A program made the translations under genes and the position numbers. The notes beneath the pieces are model-generated. The model was not told the DNA's origin, did not search any database, and saw only the letters and a program-made list of their open reading frames with translations. DNA of 64,000 bases, taken from Polyangiales bacterium. Its GTDB lineage: Bacteria > Myxococcota_A > Polyangia > Polyangiales > Houyiibacteriaceae. Location of the stretch: NCBI GenBank assembly GCA_045106895.1, contig JBGCFM010000062.1:96001-160000 (forward strand). The letters run 5' to 3'. Shown here one piece after another: positions 1-9,384 of the stretch. Position 1 is the stretch's first letter; the number at the start of each line of letters is the position of its first letter.

Positions 1-244
1 GTCGTATTCGGCAGGTGCACGTGAGTCGAGTTGGAACGAGCGCCACCGAACACTGACATCTTCGTCCGTCTTATCTCGGTACGACTTAAGTGCGTCCTCC
101 ATACGTCGCTTTCCGACGTAGCACCAAGGACATGCGATATCCGACCAAACATCGAGAGTGAGTGTCATCCGATCACTCTAAGGCGGACCGTCGAACTCGC
201 CAGCACCCTCGCGCTTTGGTGCCAAACGCGGGTACGATGGTGTC

Positions 245-1189
245 ATGCGGTCCATTCTCATCGCGCTCGCCGCGCTAATCCTCACACAAACTTCCACGAC
301 CAGCGCACAGGTTGATCCCCAACCCGCTCACTCCGTTGCATACCAGAGCATTACTGCGGTTCGCGTAAACCCTCTCGGACTCGTCAACTTCACGCGCGCC
401 AGCTACCGGTTTCGTCTCTTCGAGAGTGACTCCGACATACTGAAACAAAACTACGTCGGCATTGGCGCAACGGGCGGCATTAGTCCCGCGTGGGGACGTA
501 TCGGAATCTTGGCCGAAGTGCAGCCCCTCACCATTCTCCGGCTCTATGCGCAGTTTGAGTTCATCGGAAACTTCGGCACCTTCGACCTCTTTGCTTCCTT
601 CCCGAACGCAACCTCAGACTTCAGCGACACAGCGATCGGAGAGCGCGCAGAGAACGACGCAACGGAGGCCTACACGACGACGGGCTCGTTGCTTACCCTT
701 GGCGCTCAGCTTCAGATGAAGGTCGGGCCCATCGCCGTACGCAACCTCTTTCGTGCGACGCGGACGAACTACACGATGCGCGCAGGCGACACCGTTTACT
801 ACGATCAGATCTACGACATGCTCATGCCAGACGATGGCTGGATGGTCGTCAATGACTTGGACGTGTTCGCGATCCTCAACCCAGGCACGACCCAGCTGGC
901 TGCCGGCGTTCGCTGGAGCTACTCGCACTCGTACTACAACGACCAGCACTACCAAGGTCTTACGGCTCAAGAGCGAGAGGATGCGCCCAGCAACGACATC
1001 CATCGCATCGGACCGATCTTGGCGTGGCAGATTCGAAATACGCCCGGCGCTCGCTTCAACCGCCCAACCCTCATCCTCCTCGCGCAGTGGCACCTAAAGC
1101 ACCGTTGGCGCACCGGGGCAGACGTCAGCCAGGCGCTGCCCTATATCGGACTCGCGTTTCGCTTCCAGGGCGACCTGCTCGGCGAGTAG
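245..1189 (+). CDS. Secreted hypothetical protein, possibly outer-membrane beta-barrel
   Basis: 314 aa; Sec signal peptide (MRSILIALAALILTQTSTTSAQ); many alternating amphipathic strands; ends YIGLAFRFQGDLLGE; TACGAT at 233-238, 6 nt before the ATG. Confidence 0.6.
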   Translation: MRSILIALAALILTQTSTTSAQVDPQPAHSVAYQSITAVRVNPLGLVNFTRASYRFRLFESDSDILKQNYVGIGATGGISPAWGRIGILAEVQPLTILRLYAQFEFIGNFGTFDLFASFPNATSDFSDTAIGERAENDATEAYTTTGSLLTLGAQLQMKVGPIAVRNLFRATRTNYTMRAGDTVYYDQIYDMLMPDDGWMVVNDLDVFAILNPGTTQLAAGVRWSYSHSYYNDQHYQGLTAQEREDAPSNDIHRIGPILAWQIRNTPGARFNRPTLILLAQWHLKHRWRTGADVSQALPYIGLAFRFQGDLLGE

Positions 1190-1198
1190 TACGCCTCG

Positions 1199-1606
1199 TC
1201 AGTCGAGTTTGACGGCGAGACGCGACCCGCGCGTCTTCTCAGCGGCCGCGGCCTCACGAGGTTCGGAGCCGTAACCGAGCGTTCGAATGCGGATGAGGAC
1301 GCCGTCCTCAAAGGTCAGTTCGCGCATCAAGCGACGCGGTCCAAAATTGTACACCCAGCGCTCTTGGACCACGGAGACGGTTTGTCCTTGAAGCGCAAAC
1401 CCGCCGCTCGCGAGAGGCACGAGGACCGACGACGAGTTCTGAATGAGGCGCTCTGTTTTGGTCTCCGGATTGCCGCAGTACTGAAGGACTCGGGCCTGAC
1501 TATCGCCGCGTGACACGACACGACGTTGGCAGCTCATCGCCGAAGCATCCGAGCTAAAAGACCACGCGCTGAGCGTGACGAGGGCGAGCACGAGGAGTCG
1601 AATCAT
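1199..1606 (-). CDS. DUF2845 family secreted protein
   Basis: Signal peptide, then MSCQRRVVSRGDS..VLQYCGNP and ERWVYNFGPRRLMRELTFEDGVLIRI, the DUF2845 pattern. Confidence 0.8.
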   Translation of the reverse strand: MIRLLVLALVTLSAWSFSSDASAMSCQRRVVSRGDSQARVLQYCGNPETKTERLIQNSSSVLVPLASGGFALQGQTVSVVQERWVYNFGPRRLMRELTFEDGVLIRIRTLGYGSEPREAAAAEKTRGSRLAVKLD

Positions 1607-1710
1607 GCCTTCAGAGTAGGCGCCTGCGCTGTTTGGGTCAAAGCCGAGAGCGTGCGCAAATCGTCAATCGACATGCCATCTTGTCAAACGAGCGCGACGA
1701 AGGACGAAGG

Positions 1711-1737
1711 CAAGGGTTTCCCCTCAAGGGTTTCCCC
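1711..1737. repeat. Tandem 13-bp direct repeat CAAGGGTTTCCCC x2
   Basis: Copies at 1711-1723 and 1725-1737; on the minus strand each reads GGG-GAAA-CCC; 18 nt downstream of the gltF-like stop. Confidence 0.7.
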
Positions 1738-1754
1738 GGGTGGTCTTTATGAGT

Positions 1755-2120
1755 CTAGAAAGACTTCGTCTTCGTGCTGCGTTCTAGCTCCGGCATGAAC
1801 GAGCGATGCGGCAACTTTGGCCGGTCGAACTCAGCGCGCAGACGGTTAAGAAAATAGAGAAGCTGAGGCGACTTGAGGCGGCCGGAGATGTCGAGACCGC
1901 TAAAGCGAAAGACCTTCACCTTCGAGTCGCCTTCATTGACCTCGCGCGTGTCCGCGTTCTCCGCAGACTCATCGCTCGCAGCAGAATCACCCGCTGGAGC
2001 CGCGCTCTCGGAACGTCCCGCGGGGTCCTGCGCCGCAACGAACCCGCCGCTCCCGAGCGCGCTCGCGACGACGAGTCCCAAGAGGAGCGCTGGGCTGAGT
2101 TTCTTCTTCTTGAGCGTCAT
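1755..2120 (-). CDS. GltF/CglF-like small periplasmic protein of a Glt/Nfs-type complex
   Basis: Signal peptide, acidic linker, C-terminal FRFSGLDISGRLKSPQLLYFLNR...RSFMPELERS resembling the CglF pattern; follows the GltE-like gene with an ATGA overlap. Confidence 0.7.
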   Translation of the reverse strand: MTLKKKKLSPALLLGLVVASALGSGGFVAAQDPAGRSESAAPAGDSAASDESAENADTREVNEGDSKVKVFRFSGLDISGRLKSPQLLYFLNRLRAEFDRPKLPHRSFMPELERSTKTKSF

Positions 2121-3241
2121 GGCATTCCTGCGGGTGCGGCGGGGTCAGGGATTTCACGCACGTAGCGCTCGGCCTCTTCACGCCCCGGGTGGTTGCGCGG
2201 TGCGATGGATAAGTAGCGAACGAACTTCGCGCGAGCTTCAGGCCGCTGATCGAGGAAGTCCGCTTGAAGTACCGCGATGTTGAAGAGAGCGTCAGGGTGC
2301 CGGTCGTCCGCGTCCAAGACGCGCTGGTAGTTTTGGCGGGCGCTGCTGTGATCGCCTTCGCCGCGAAAGGCGATGCCAAGTCCAATGCGCGCGTCGAAGT
2401 TGTCTTCGTCGTTCTCGAGAACCGCTTCGTATTGAGCTTTGGCTCCCGCAAAGTCGCCCGCCCGCAGAAGTACGGCGCCCATATTCATGCGGGCTGGCGC
2501 AAACCCCGCCTCCGAAGCGATGGCCGCCTCGAAGGCCGCAAACGCCGCCTGTGTATCGCCGCGGGCTAGCTCAAGGAGACCCTGTTCACTCATGATCTCC
2601 GCGCGCAACGAAGCGTTGTCTTCGTCCGCTAGGTCGAGAGCCTTCTGCAACACCAAACGCGACACGTCATAAAGCTCTCGCGCGCGATAGACCCGGCCAA
2701 TCTCGAGGAGCGCGCGCGTGCTCGTCGGGTCACGAACGAGAACCTCTCGGGCCTCAGCAAGGGCGTCATCCCACGACTCGTCCTCGCGAAGAACCACGGC
2801 GAGGGCCACGCGTGCCTCAAGGTTAGCGGGGTGCGCTTCGACGAGGGCTCGGAGCTGTCGCGCAGCGGCGCCGCGGTCTCCGAGTTCGTAGGCGACCTCA
2901 GCCGCAGCGAGGCGAGGTTCGGGGGCGCCAGGCTGCACCGCGATGGCGGCTTCGAAAGACGCCCGGGCTTGCTCTAGCTCCGACGCACGACGCTGGACCA
3001 CCCCAAGGTCATAGCGCGCTTCCCAGAGGTTTGGGTCAAGTTCGATGGCCCGCTCGAGGCGTGCGCGGGCACGGCGCGCCGCGCGGGCGCCAGGTCGTGA
3101 AAGCAGACGTGTCGCGGCGTTGTACTCGCGTACAGCCTCCGGGTTCGCCGGAGGAAGCTCGTTCGACTGGACTTGCGTTCCGCCGCAGGCAACGGCGACC
3201 AAGAGAGCCATCCGAAGGAGCCATCGAGAGAGAGTGCTCAT
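2117..3241 (-). CDS. TPR lipoprotein, GltE/AglT-like
   Basis: Lipobox LVAVAC; tandem TPR repeats; position between GltD-like and GltF-like genes; 4-nt overlaps on both sides. Confidence 0.7.
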   Translation of the reverse strand: MSTLSRWLLRMALLVAVACGGTQVQSNELPPANPEAVREYNAATRLLSRPGARAARRARARLERAIELDPNLWEARYDLGVVQRRASELEQARASFEAAIAVQPGAPEPRLAAAEVAYELGDRGAAARQLRALVEAHPANLEARVALAVVLREDESWDDALAEAREVLVRDPTSTRALLEIGRVYRARELYDVSRLVLQKALDLADEDNASLRAEIMSEQGLLELARGDTQAAFAAFEAAIASEAGFAPARMNMGAVLLRAGDFAGAKAQYEAVLENDEDNFDARIGLGIAFRGEGDHSSARQNYQRVLDADDRHPDALFNIAVLQADFLDQRPEARAKFVRYLSIAPRNHPGREEAERYVREIPDPAAPAGMP

Positions 3242-6200
3242 GAGTCTTCCTCGTCTTCACCTTCGGTGTCGTCGCCAGCAGCACCAGCGTCGTCTTCGCC
3301 CGCATCACGACGCAGTCCTCCAAGGAACTCCGGCTGCGCAATCGGCGCTGCTTCCACCGTCTCACCACCGGTTTCGCGAAGCGCTGGGTACTGGACATCG
3401 TTCAAGCGTGTGAGCGCTTCCCGAATCTGTGCCGTCCAGCGGTTGAAGATCCGCAGTTCAAGGGCTCGAAGGTAGCCCCCTTCGAACGCTTCCAGCGCGC
3501 GCTCTTCCATGGGAACGATGAAGCGAGCCAGTTGATCAAAGTAAACCTGCTCTTCGTCCTCCGTCAGTCCCTCAGGGAGCTCAAAAGCACGCATCGCTTC
3601 GGCGAAGAGCTCATAGCTTCGCCCGATCTGAAAGAGGCTCGCCGTCACCCACTCCGCGACTTCAAAGCTCACGACATCGGCAAAGATGCGCGCGGCCTGG
3701 CCGAGAAGCTCGCTCTTCTGTTCGAGTCGACCACGGAGGCCCTCGCTGTCGCCGGCGAGAGGAACCGCTTCGTATTCACGAAGAACGCGCTCGCCTTGGA
3801 GGTAGCGTGCCTGGGCGGCGAAGTAGAGGCCGTCACTAAGACGCTGACGTCCGCGACGTGCGCTTCGAACCGCAGCCGCCAGCGCGGTGTCCGCCCCCGA
3901 CTCGTCTCCCGCGGCGATGAGAACGAGGGCGATTCGTGTCTGCGCTTCGATCTTGCGGTCCGCGTTTCGGGATCGGCGAATGTACTCGCGGTAAGTCGTC
4001 GCGGCGTCGTCCCAATCTTCGTTCGCGGCCTGGGCTCGGGCGATAAAGAAGTAGACGTCGTCTGTCTCAGGTCGTCGGGGGTAGCGCTCAACAAAACGGC
4101 GCCCCGTTTCGATGGCGGTGTTGTTCTCACCCGCGGTCATTCGGAGGAGCACAGCGTTGTAGAGCGCATCCGGCGCGCGCTCTTCCTCGGGGAACTCTTC
4201 GCCATACGATTGGTAAAAGCGTGCCGCGTCGCCAAACTGGGCGATGGACTCGTACATCTGAGCACCCGCCCACGCGCCACGGGCACCGATGGGCGAGCCC
4301 GCATGACGCTCGACGAGTTTGGAATACGCCTCGTCCGCTCCGCCAAGGTCGCCATCTTGTTGGCGCTCCACGCCGGCGTTGAAGAGCGCCTGGGGAGCGC
4401 GCTCGTCACTCGGGAACTCTTCAGCGGCGCGCAGATACGCGTCGGCCGCTTGGCCGTGTTCGCCGCGCTCTGCGAGCTGCTCGCCGACCTTGAACATGGA
4501 CTGCAAGATGAGGCCATCAAGGCGCGCTTGGGCCTCGTCGGAGGAGAACGCCGGCGCGCTCTTCAGGCGCCGCGCCCACGTCTCGATGTTCCCGTAGTCT
4601 TGCGCGCGATTGAAACTGTCGAGGATGAGCTCGCCCGCCGGCGCCGCGTACTCACTCTCGCCGAAGCGTTCGAGGAGCTGACCGAAGAGGCGAACCGCAG
4701 GGTCATAGACGCCGCGGTCATAGTAGAGGCGTCCCTGCCGAAACAGAATCTCGGGCAGGTCCGGGTCATCCGGAAAGAGCTGCACGTAGAGTTCAATCGC
4801 CGAGGAGAACTTCTGGTCGTTTTCCGATTCACCGCAGCCGGCACTCGCGGGGGCCTCTTCCGGGCCTTCGGCCTCAGGTTCTTCCTCAGGGGTCCCTTCG
4901 GGCTCTTGCGGCGGCGAGGCGGCATCCCCCGTGCAGTTCTCAAGCTCTGTTTCGCGAACCCTCTCGTAGGCGCCGATGGCGTTGTACAACGCGTCGCGGG
5001 TGTACTCGCCTTCCGGGTTCTTTCGCGCCGCCGAGAGGTACGCGTCGCCCGCCTCGGGATAACGTTCGAGTCTGTGGAAGAGAATCTCCGCCTGGTAGAA
5101 CTCGACCTGGTACGACGCTTCTTCGTCGCTGTAGTGCTCTAGGTAGATTCCGTAGAGACCCACCGCGCGTTCAAGCTCAATGCGCTGATTCTCGCGCTGA
5201 CCCACCTCGTGATACGCCATCGCTTGGCGACGGATCAGGCGCTCATTGCGCCGGTGTTCGCGAAGAACACGTTCACTGTCGCCCTGCTGCTGCGCCCAGT
5301 TTGATCCAGGCGCGTAGTTCGCCGCCAACACCTGCATGGACTCGATGGTTTTGTCGCTGTTGCCAAGAGACGCGTACGCCGTCGCGATTTCGCGCTGGTA
5401 CTTGGGCGCGTCGCGGTGCATGGGATCCATCTCAAGGAGCAGCTCAAAGGCCTCGATGCCTGGCTCGAAACGCGCCTGGCCGATGTACGTGTCGCTGAGG
5501 CGCACAAGAACGCGCTGGGCGTAGCGTTCGCCGCCAATCTCCTCGAGGAAGGCAAAGACATCACGCGCGGTGTTGTTCTCATCTTCGATGAAGACCTGAA
5601 TGAGGTAGTCGAGGGCTTCGTCCTGGAGCTCTCGTAGACGGCGACGTTGAGTCGCGCTCATATTCCCACGACCACGACCAAGGTCGAGGACCTGCCGAAA
5701 ACGAAGAGCCGCGTCTTGGGTGCGATCCAATCGCCACAGACACCACGCGCTCTTGAAGAGCGAAATGTCGTGAAGCTCACTGCTGCGGAAAGCCATCACG
5801 GCCTCAAACTCCGCCAGCGCGGGTTGCCAGTTGCCCGCGCCAAACTGACTTTCGCCGAGGGCGAAGTGTGCGTCCGCGACGAACCGACTCTCTGGAAAAT
5901 CCGAGAGTATGCGCCGATAGAGTACGAGGGCGCCCTCGCCTTGGCCACGCTCAAGGAGCGCATACGCCTTCATGTAGAGGACGAGATCGAGGCGCCCGAA
6001 GCTTGGGTGGTTGGCGAGGATTCGGTCGTAGAGCGATACCGCGCGGTCGTAGTTTGGCGTCGGGACCGCTCCACGGTTTGCCTCCGGTACTTCTTGATAG
6101 GCGGCGAAGGCCTGGAGGTACTCCACACGGGCGTTCTCCCATGTGAGTTCGGCGAGACGCATGAGCGCGTCGGGCATCTCCTCGGCTTGCTCCGGCTCCA

Positions 6201-6528
6201 CGCGGATGAACTCTTCGAGGAGCTGAATGGCCTGGGCGCGTCGCTCGACGACCCAAGCTTCACGCTCGGTGAGCAACGCCTCCAGTCGCTCTTCTCGGTA
6301 TTCACGCGTCGCATTCCCGAGGGAGTCGGGGCGTTCACGAAGATAAAGGCGCTCCTCAATGCTCTCAGGCCGAAGCGCAGGCTCGGCGTCGCCAAGCTCG
6401 TCTTCGTCCGACGCTTCAATGCCACGCTCCTCCGTGGGCTGCTGAAAGCGAGACACCTCCCGGCCCTCTTGAGCCACGGCGCCCGACGCCCAACCCAGCG
6501 CAAGCACGACCCCGACGAAGCGCTTCAC
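3238..6528 (-). CDS. Large periplasmic TPR protein, GltD/AgmU-like
   Basis: 1096 aa; signal peptide; TPR/CpoB-like repeats (PDALMRLAELTWE, LFKSAWC); C-terminal LARFIVPMEERALEAF..ALELRIFNRWT..L.RL...QYP as in AgmU-type proteins. Confidence 0.75.
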   Translation of the reverse strand: MKRFVGVVLALGWASGAVAQEGREVSRFQQPTEERGIEASDEDELGDAEPALRPESIEERLYLRERPDSLGNATREYREERLEALLTEREAWVVERRAQAIQLLEEFIRVEPEQAEEMPDALMRLAELTWENARVEYLQAFAAYQEVPEANRGAVPTPNYDRAVSLYDRILANHPSFGRLDLVLYMKAYALLERGQGEGALVLYRRILSDFPESRFVADAHFALGESQFGAGNWQPALAEFEAVMAFRSSELHDISLFKSAWCLWRLDRTQDAALRFRQVLDLGRGRGNMSATQRRRLRELQDEALDYLIQVFIEDENNTARDVFAFLEEIGGERYAQRVLVRLSDTYIGQARFEPGIEAFELLLEMDPMHRDAPKYQREIATAYASLGNSDKTIESMQVLAANYAPGSNWAQQQGDSERVLREHRRNERLIRRQAMAYHEVGQRENQRIELERAVGLYGIYLEHYSDEEASYQVEFYQAEILFHRLERYPEAGDAYLSAARKNPEGEYTRDALYNAIGAYERVRETELENCTGDAASPPQEPEGTPEEEPEAEGPEEAPASAGCGESENDQKFSSAIELYVQLFPDDPDLPEILFRQGRLYYDRGVYDPAVRLFGQLLERFGESEYAAPAGELILDSFNRAQDYGNIETWARRLKSAPAFSSDEAQARLDGLILQSMFKVGEQLAERGEHGQAADAYLRAAEEFPSDERAPQALFNAGVERQQDGDLGGADEAYSKLVERHAGSPIGARGAWAGAQMYESIAQFGDAARFYQSYGEEFPEEERAPDALYNAVLLRMTAGENNTAIETGRRFVERYPRRPETDDVYFFIARAQAANEDWDDAATTYREYIRRSRNADRKIEAQTRIALVLIAAGDESGADTALAAAVRSARRGRQRLSDGLYFAAQARYLQGERVLREYEAVPLAGDSEGLRGRLEQKSELLGQAARIFADVVSFEVAEWVTASLFQIGRSYELFAEAMRAFELPEGLTEDEEQVYFDQLARFIVPMEERALEAFEGGYLRALELRIFNRWTAQIREALTRLNDVQYPALRETGGETVEAAPIAQPEFLGGLRRDAGEDDAGAAGDDTEGEDEEDS

Positions 6529-8621
6529 TCTTCGCCTCCTTCAGCGTCGTCTACGTCCACGGGCTCATCAAGAGCGACGTCGCCCTCACCCTCTTCCGGC
6601 TCAGCGTCGCGTGTCGGCGGCTGCTCGAACTCGTCTTCCCAGAGCTCTCCTTCAAAGGGCCAGTATTCTTCATCGTCGCGAAGGAGGCCTTGAACACGAA
6701 GTGGGTCGATCAGCTCCGGCGGAAAACGTCCCGCCGCAAGGCTCTCGATTTGAACTTCAATGCGTCGCTTCGAGCCCATCACCGCGTCGATGCGTCCAAT
6801 CCGAGCGCGACGAAGGGAGCCTGAGAGTCGCCGGCGAAGTCCACGAAGCGAACGAACAGCGGCGTTTCCGGCGGCGTCTGTCAGGCGTGAGCGCATCGCG
6901 TCGACCCGTGATGGGAGAGTGCGCGCCGCGCGAGCGTCGATGGCGAGCAGCCCTCGGACACCTTCAGCGTCGGCGGCGGGGGCTTCTTCGCCGTGAGCAC
7001 GCTCGGCCGAGCGAAGCTGTCGAACCAATGCCCGAAGACTCTCCGCGTGCTGAGTCATCGACGCTTCGAGGGGCTGCAAGTCGGACGCCTCTGCTCCGCC
7101 ACGACGAAGCGCGTCGAGCTGGCGTGAGAGTCCGCCGAGCATCTCCCGCGTCGTCCGGACCATCCTCCGCACTTCAGCGATCTCCGTTTCGAAGGCGACC
7201 TCTTCCACGGCGGCGGCGGGACGTTCCTGACGAACCCGGGCGCTGAGCCCACGGAGATCCGCCGCGAGACGACCCGCGCGGGCAGCCTCCGCGTTGAGTG
7301 TGCGAAGTTGCGCGTGCAGGTTGTAGAAGTCGGGGTCGACGCGCAGGAGCGCCAAGAGCATCCCCTCCATCGTGCTCAGTCGATCACGGGCGCTCTCGGC
7401 GACCTCGTCGGCGCTCAGCGCCTCGCTGCTCTCCATGGCGCTCGCTTCAGCGCGGAGGAGGTCTCCGTAAAGCTCCGACTGACGCACCTGACTGCCCAAG
7501 ACGGCGTCGATCTCCGCGACGAGTGGCCCAAAGCGCGCCTGGTAGGACACGAAGAGCTGACTCGCCTCTTCGAACTCACAGCGTCCAAGGTGCACGTACC
7601 CGCGGAGGAGCTGAGCTTCATCCACAAAAGGAGATGCCGGGTAACGCGCTTCAAGCTGATCGAGGAGGTCGATGGAGGTGTCGAAGTCGTCGCCTTCGTA
7701 CATGGAGTAAGCTGCCTCGAAGAGCGCTTCGGCGACACGCTCCGAATCCGAAGGAACCTGGAAGTAGTAGTAGAACGCGTCGTCGCTTCGCAGACCTTCA
7801 TGCGCAACGCGGCCAAGGCCGAGCCAAGCGAGGTCTTTGATGCGGTAGTAGCGGTCGTCGACGTAGAAGGTGGTGCGCGTCTGGTCGCTCGTCGTTGCAA
7901 TGCTGCAGAAGCGAGCCTCCGCGTCGTCGAGGTTTCCTTGCCGCGCCGCCATGACACCGCGCAGATACTGAGCGTTCGCGTAGAAACGGCTTCGCTGGGT
8001 GATGTTCGCGAAAGACGCTTCGGCGGCGCCGTCGTCTTGGGAATCGTAGGCGGCTCTTCCTCGCAGGTAGCGGAGTTCATTGGCGGCGTCATCGGGCAGG
8101 TTCTCGGTGCCGATGGCCTCAAGCTGCGTGAGCGCGCCCCCGATGTCGCCGGACTCCAGCGCGACGTCGACGAAGCGGCGATACGCAGGCCCAAAGTAAG
8201 GGTCTTCGTTTCCGCGACGAAGGGTGCGCTCAAGGTAGCGCGATGCGCTTCGAAGAGACCCAAGCTCAGCGAGGGCGCCTGCCAAGAGCAACTCGGCACC
8301 GGCGAACTCTTCTGAATCTGCAAAGTCCGCGAAACGTGGTGACTCGACCACTTCGTAGAGCAGGAGCGCGGCGGTGTCGTAGCGTTGCTCAAAGTAGTGC
8401 TCTTCCCCGCGGACAACGAGCTCCCGAAGGCGCTCCACCGAGCCGGTCTCGGCTGCGATGAGGCGCTCAGCCGAGAGCGCTTCCAGGTAGCGCGCGAGCG
8501 TCACGCCTCCGCCCTCGGCAACGTTCGCGGATGCGGGCGCGGTCTCTTCTTGCGCCAACGCGCTCGGCGCGGCGCCGGCGACGAGGCTCAGGGCGAGCCA
8601 AGCTGACTTCGCTCGGATCAA
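6525..8621 (-). CDS. Periplasmic TPR/coiled-coil protein, GltC-like
   Basis: 698 aa; signal peptide; TPRs; coiled coil; C-terminal EEYWPFEGELWEDE, similar to the GltC/NfsC WPFxGEYWxDE motif. Confidence 0.75.
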   Translation of the reverse strand: MIRAKSAWLALSLVAGAAPSALAQEETAPASANVAEGGGVTLARYLEALSAERLIAAETGSVERLRELVVRGEEHYFEQRYDTAALLLYEVVESPRFADFADSEEFAGAELLLAGALAELGSLRSASRYLERTLRRGNEDPYFGPAYRRFVDVALESGDIGGALTQLEAIGTENLPDDAANELRYLRGRAAYDSQDDGAAEASFANITQRSRFYANAQYLRGVMAARQGNLDDAEARFCSIATTSDQTRTTFYVDDRYYRIKDLAWLGLGRVAHEGLRSDDAFYYYFQVPSDSERVAEALFEAAYSMYEGDDFDTSIDLLDQLEARYPASPFVDEAQLLRGYVHLGRCEFEEASQLFVSYQARFGPLVAEIDAVLGSQVRQSELYGDLLRAEASAMESSEALSADEVAESARDRLSTMEGMLLALLRVDPDFYNLHAQLRTLNAEAARAGRLAADLRGLSARVRQERPAAAVEEVAFETEIAEVRRMVRTTREMLGGLSRQLDALRRGGAEASDLQPLEASMTQHAESLRALVRQLRSAERAHGEEAPAADAEGVRGLLAIDARAARTLPSRVDAMRSRLTDAAGNAAVRSLRGLRRRLSGSLRRARIGRIDAVMGSKRRIEVQIESLAAGRFPPELIDPLRVQGLLRDDEEYWPFEGELWEDEFEQPPTRDAEPEEGEGDVALDEPVDVDDAEGGEE

Positions 8622-9376
8622 CCCTCGTCCTCCAGTGGACGCGTCGCCACGCGAACACGCGTCCGAACGTCGTACTCTCCTTCGCCGTCGTCGGCGAAGT
8701 CTTCGCCAATGTCACTGTCGTCATCGAGGATGATCACGACGTCTGTCATCTGACCTTGGACGACCTCGAAGCGGTAGCGGTCCGTCTGAAGGTAGCGGTA
8801 GTCCGCGTTGGCGCGTGTTCGCTGCTCTGCCTCCACGGTCAACTCGTGTGGTCCTGGGGCCGCGAAGCCCTCAAACACGAGGACGCCCTCATCACCCAAT
8901 CGGTCGCTCATGACGAAAACCGGAGCGCCGTCGAGGCGAAGTGAGAACGTCGAGAGGACCGCATCGTCAGCGCGGTTCTCGACGCGCACACGGACCTTCG
9001 TTTCGAAGAGCTGTCGACCGAGGACGGCGACGCGCGCCCGTGTCTGAACCAGCTCATCCATGAGCGTCGCCAGCTCGGCGCGCAGCGGAGACAAGTCCGG
9101 AGGAGGCGCCGAGGCGGGAGCTTCGGGAGCGGCGGGTGCCTCCGGCGGCTCTGGCGCAACCTCAACCTCGGCCTCAGGAGCGGGCGCCGATTCTTCGGGA
9201 GCTTCCTCCGCGGGGCTCTCTTCGGAGTCGCTCTCCTCCGGTGTCTCTGCGGGAGCGGCCGGCGGAGGCGTTGGAGGACGACGGCGTCGTCGCCGGCGTC
9301 GCCGCTGAGCATCAGCGCTCGGCACCGTGAAAACGAGAACGAGAGCCAAAGCGACGAATATGCGCATGAGAGACAT
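8618..9376 (-). CDS. Secreted hypothetical protein (poly-Arg, Pro/Glu linker, coiled coil, beta-rich C-terminal domain) in the Glt-like operon
   Basis: ATG at 9376 with AGGAG 5 nt upstream; signal peptide ending SADA-Q; R9 tract; GTGA overlap with the next gene. Confidence 0.65.
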   Translation of the reverse strand: MSLMRIFVALALVLVFTVPSADAQRRRRRRRRRPPTPPPAAPAETPEESDSEESPAEEAPEESAPAPEAEVEVAPEPPEAPAAPEAPASAPPPDLSPLRAELATLMDELVQTRARVAVLGRQLFETKVRVRVENRADDAVLSTFSLRLDGAPVFVMSDRLGDEGVLVFEGFAAPGPHELTVEAEQRTRANADYRYLQTDRYRFEVVQGQMTDVVIILDDDSDIGEDFADDGEGEYDVRTRVRVATRPLEDEG

Positions 9377-9384
9377 CATCGCTC

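Noticed and set aside
1..244. ORF 31..315 and a possible minus-strand gene start running off the window
   Set aside because: No recognisable motifs; cannot be evaluated at the edge.
3532..5142. 536-aa plus-strand ORF (also 5647..6693 and 7308..8315)
   Set aside because: Antisense shadows of the GltD/GltC-like genes; typical of GC-rich codon bias, no motifs.
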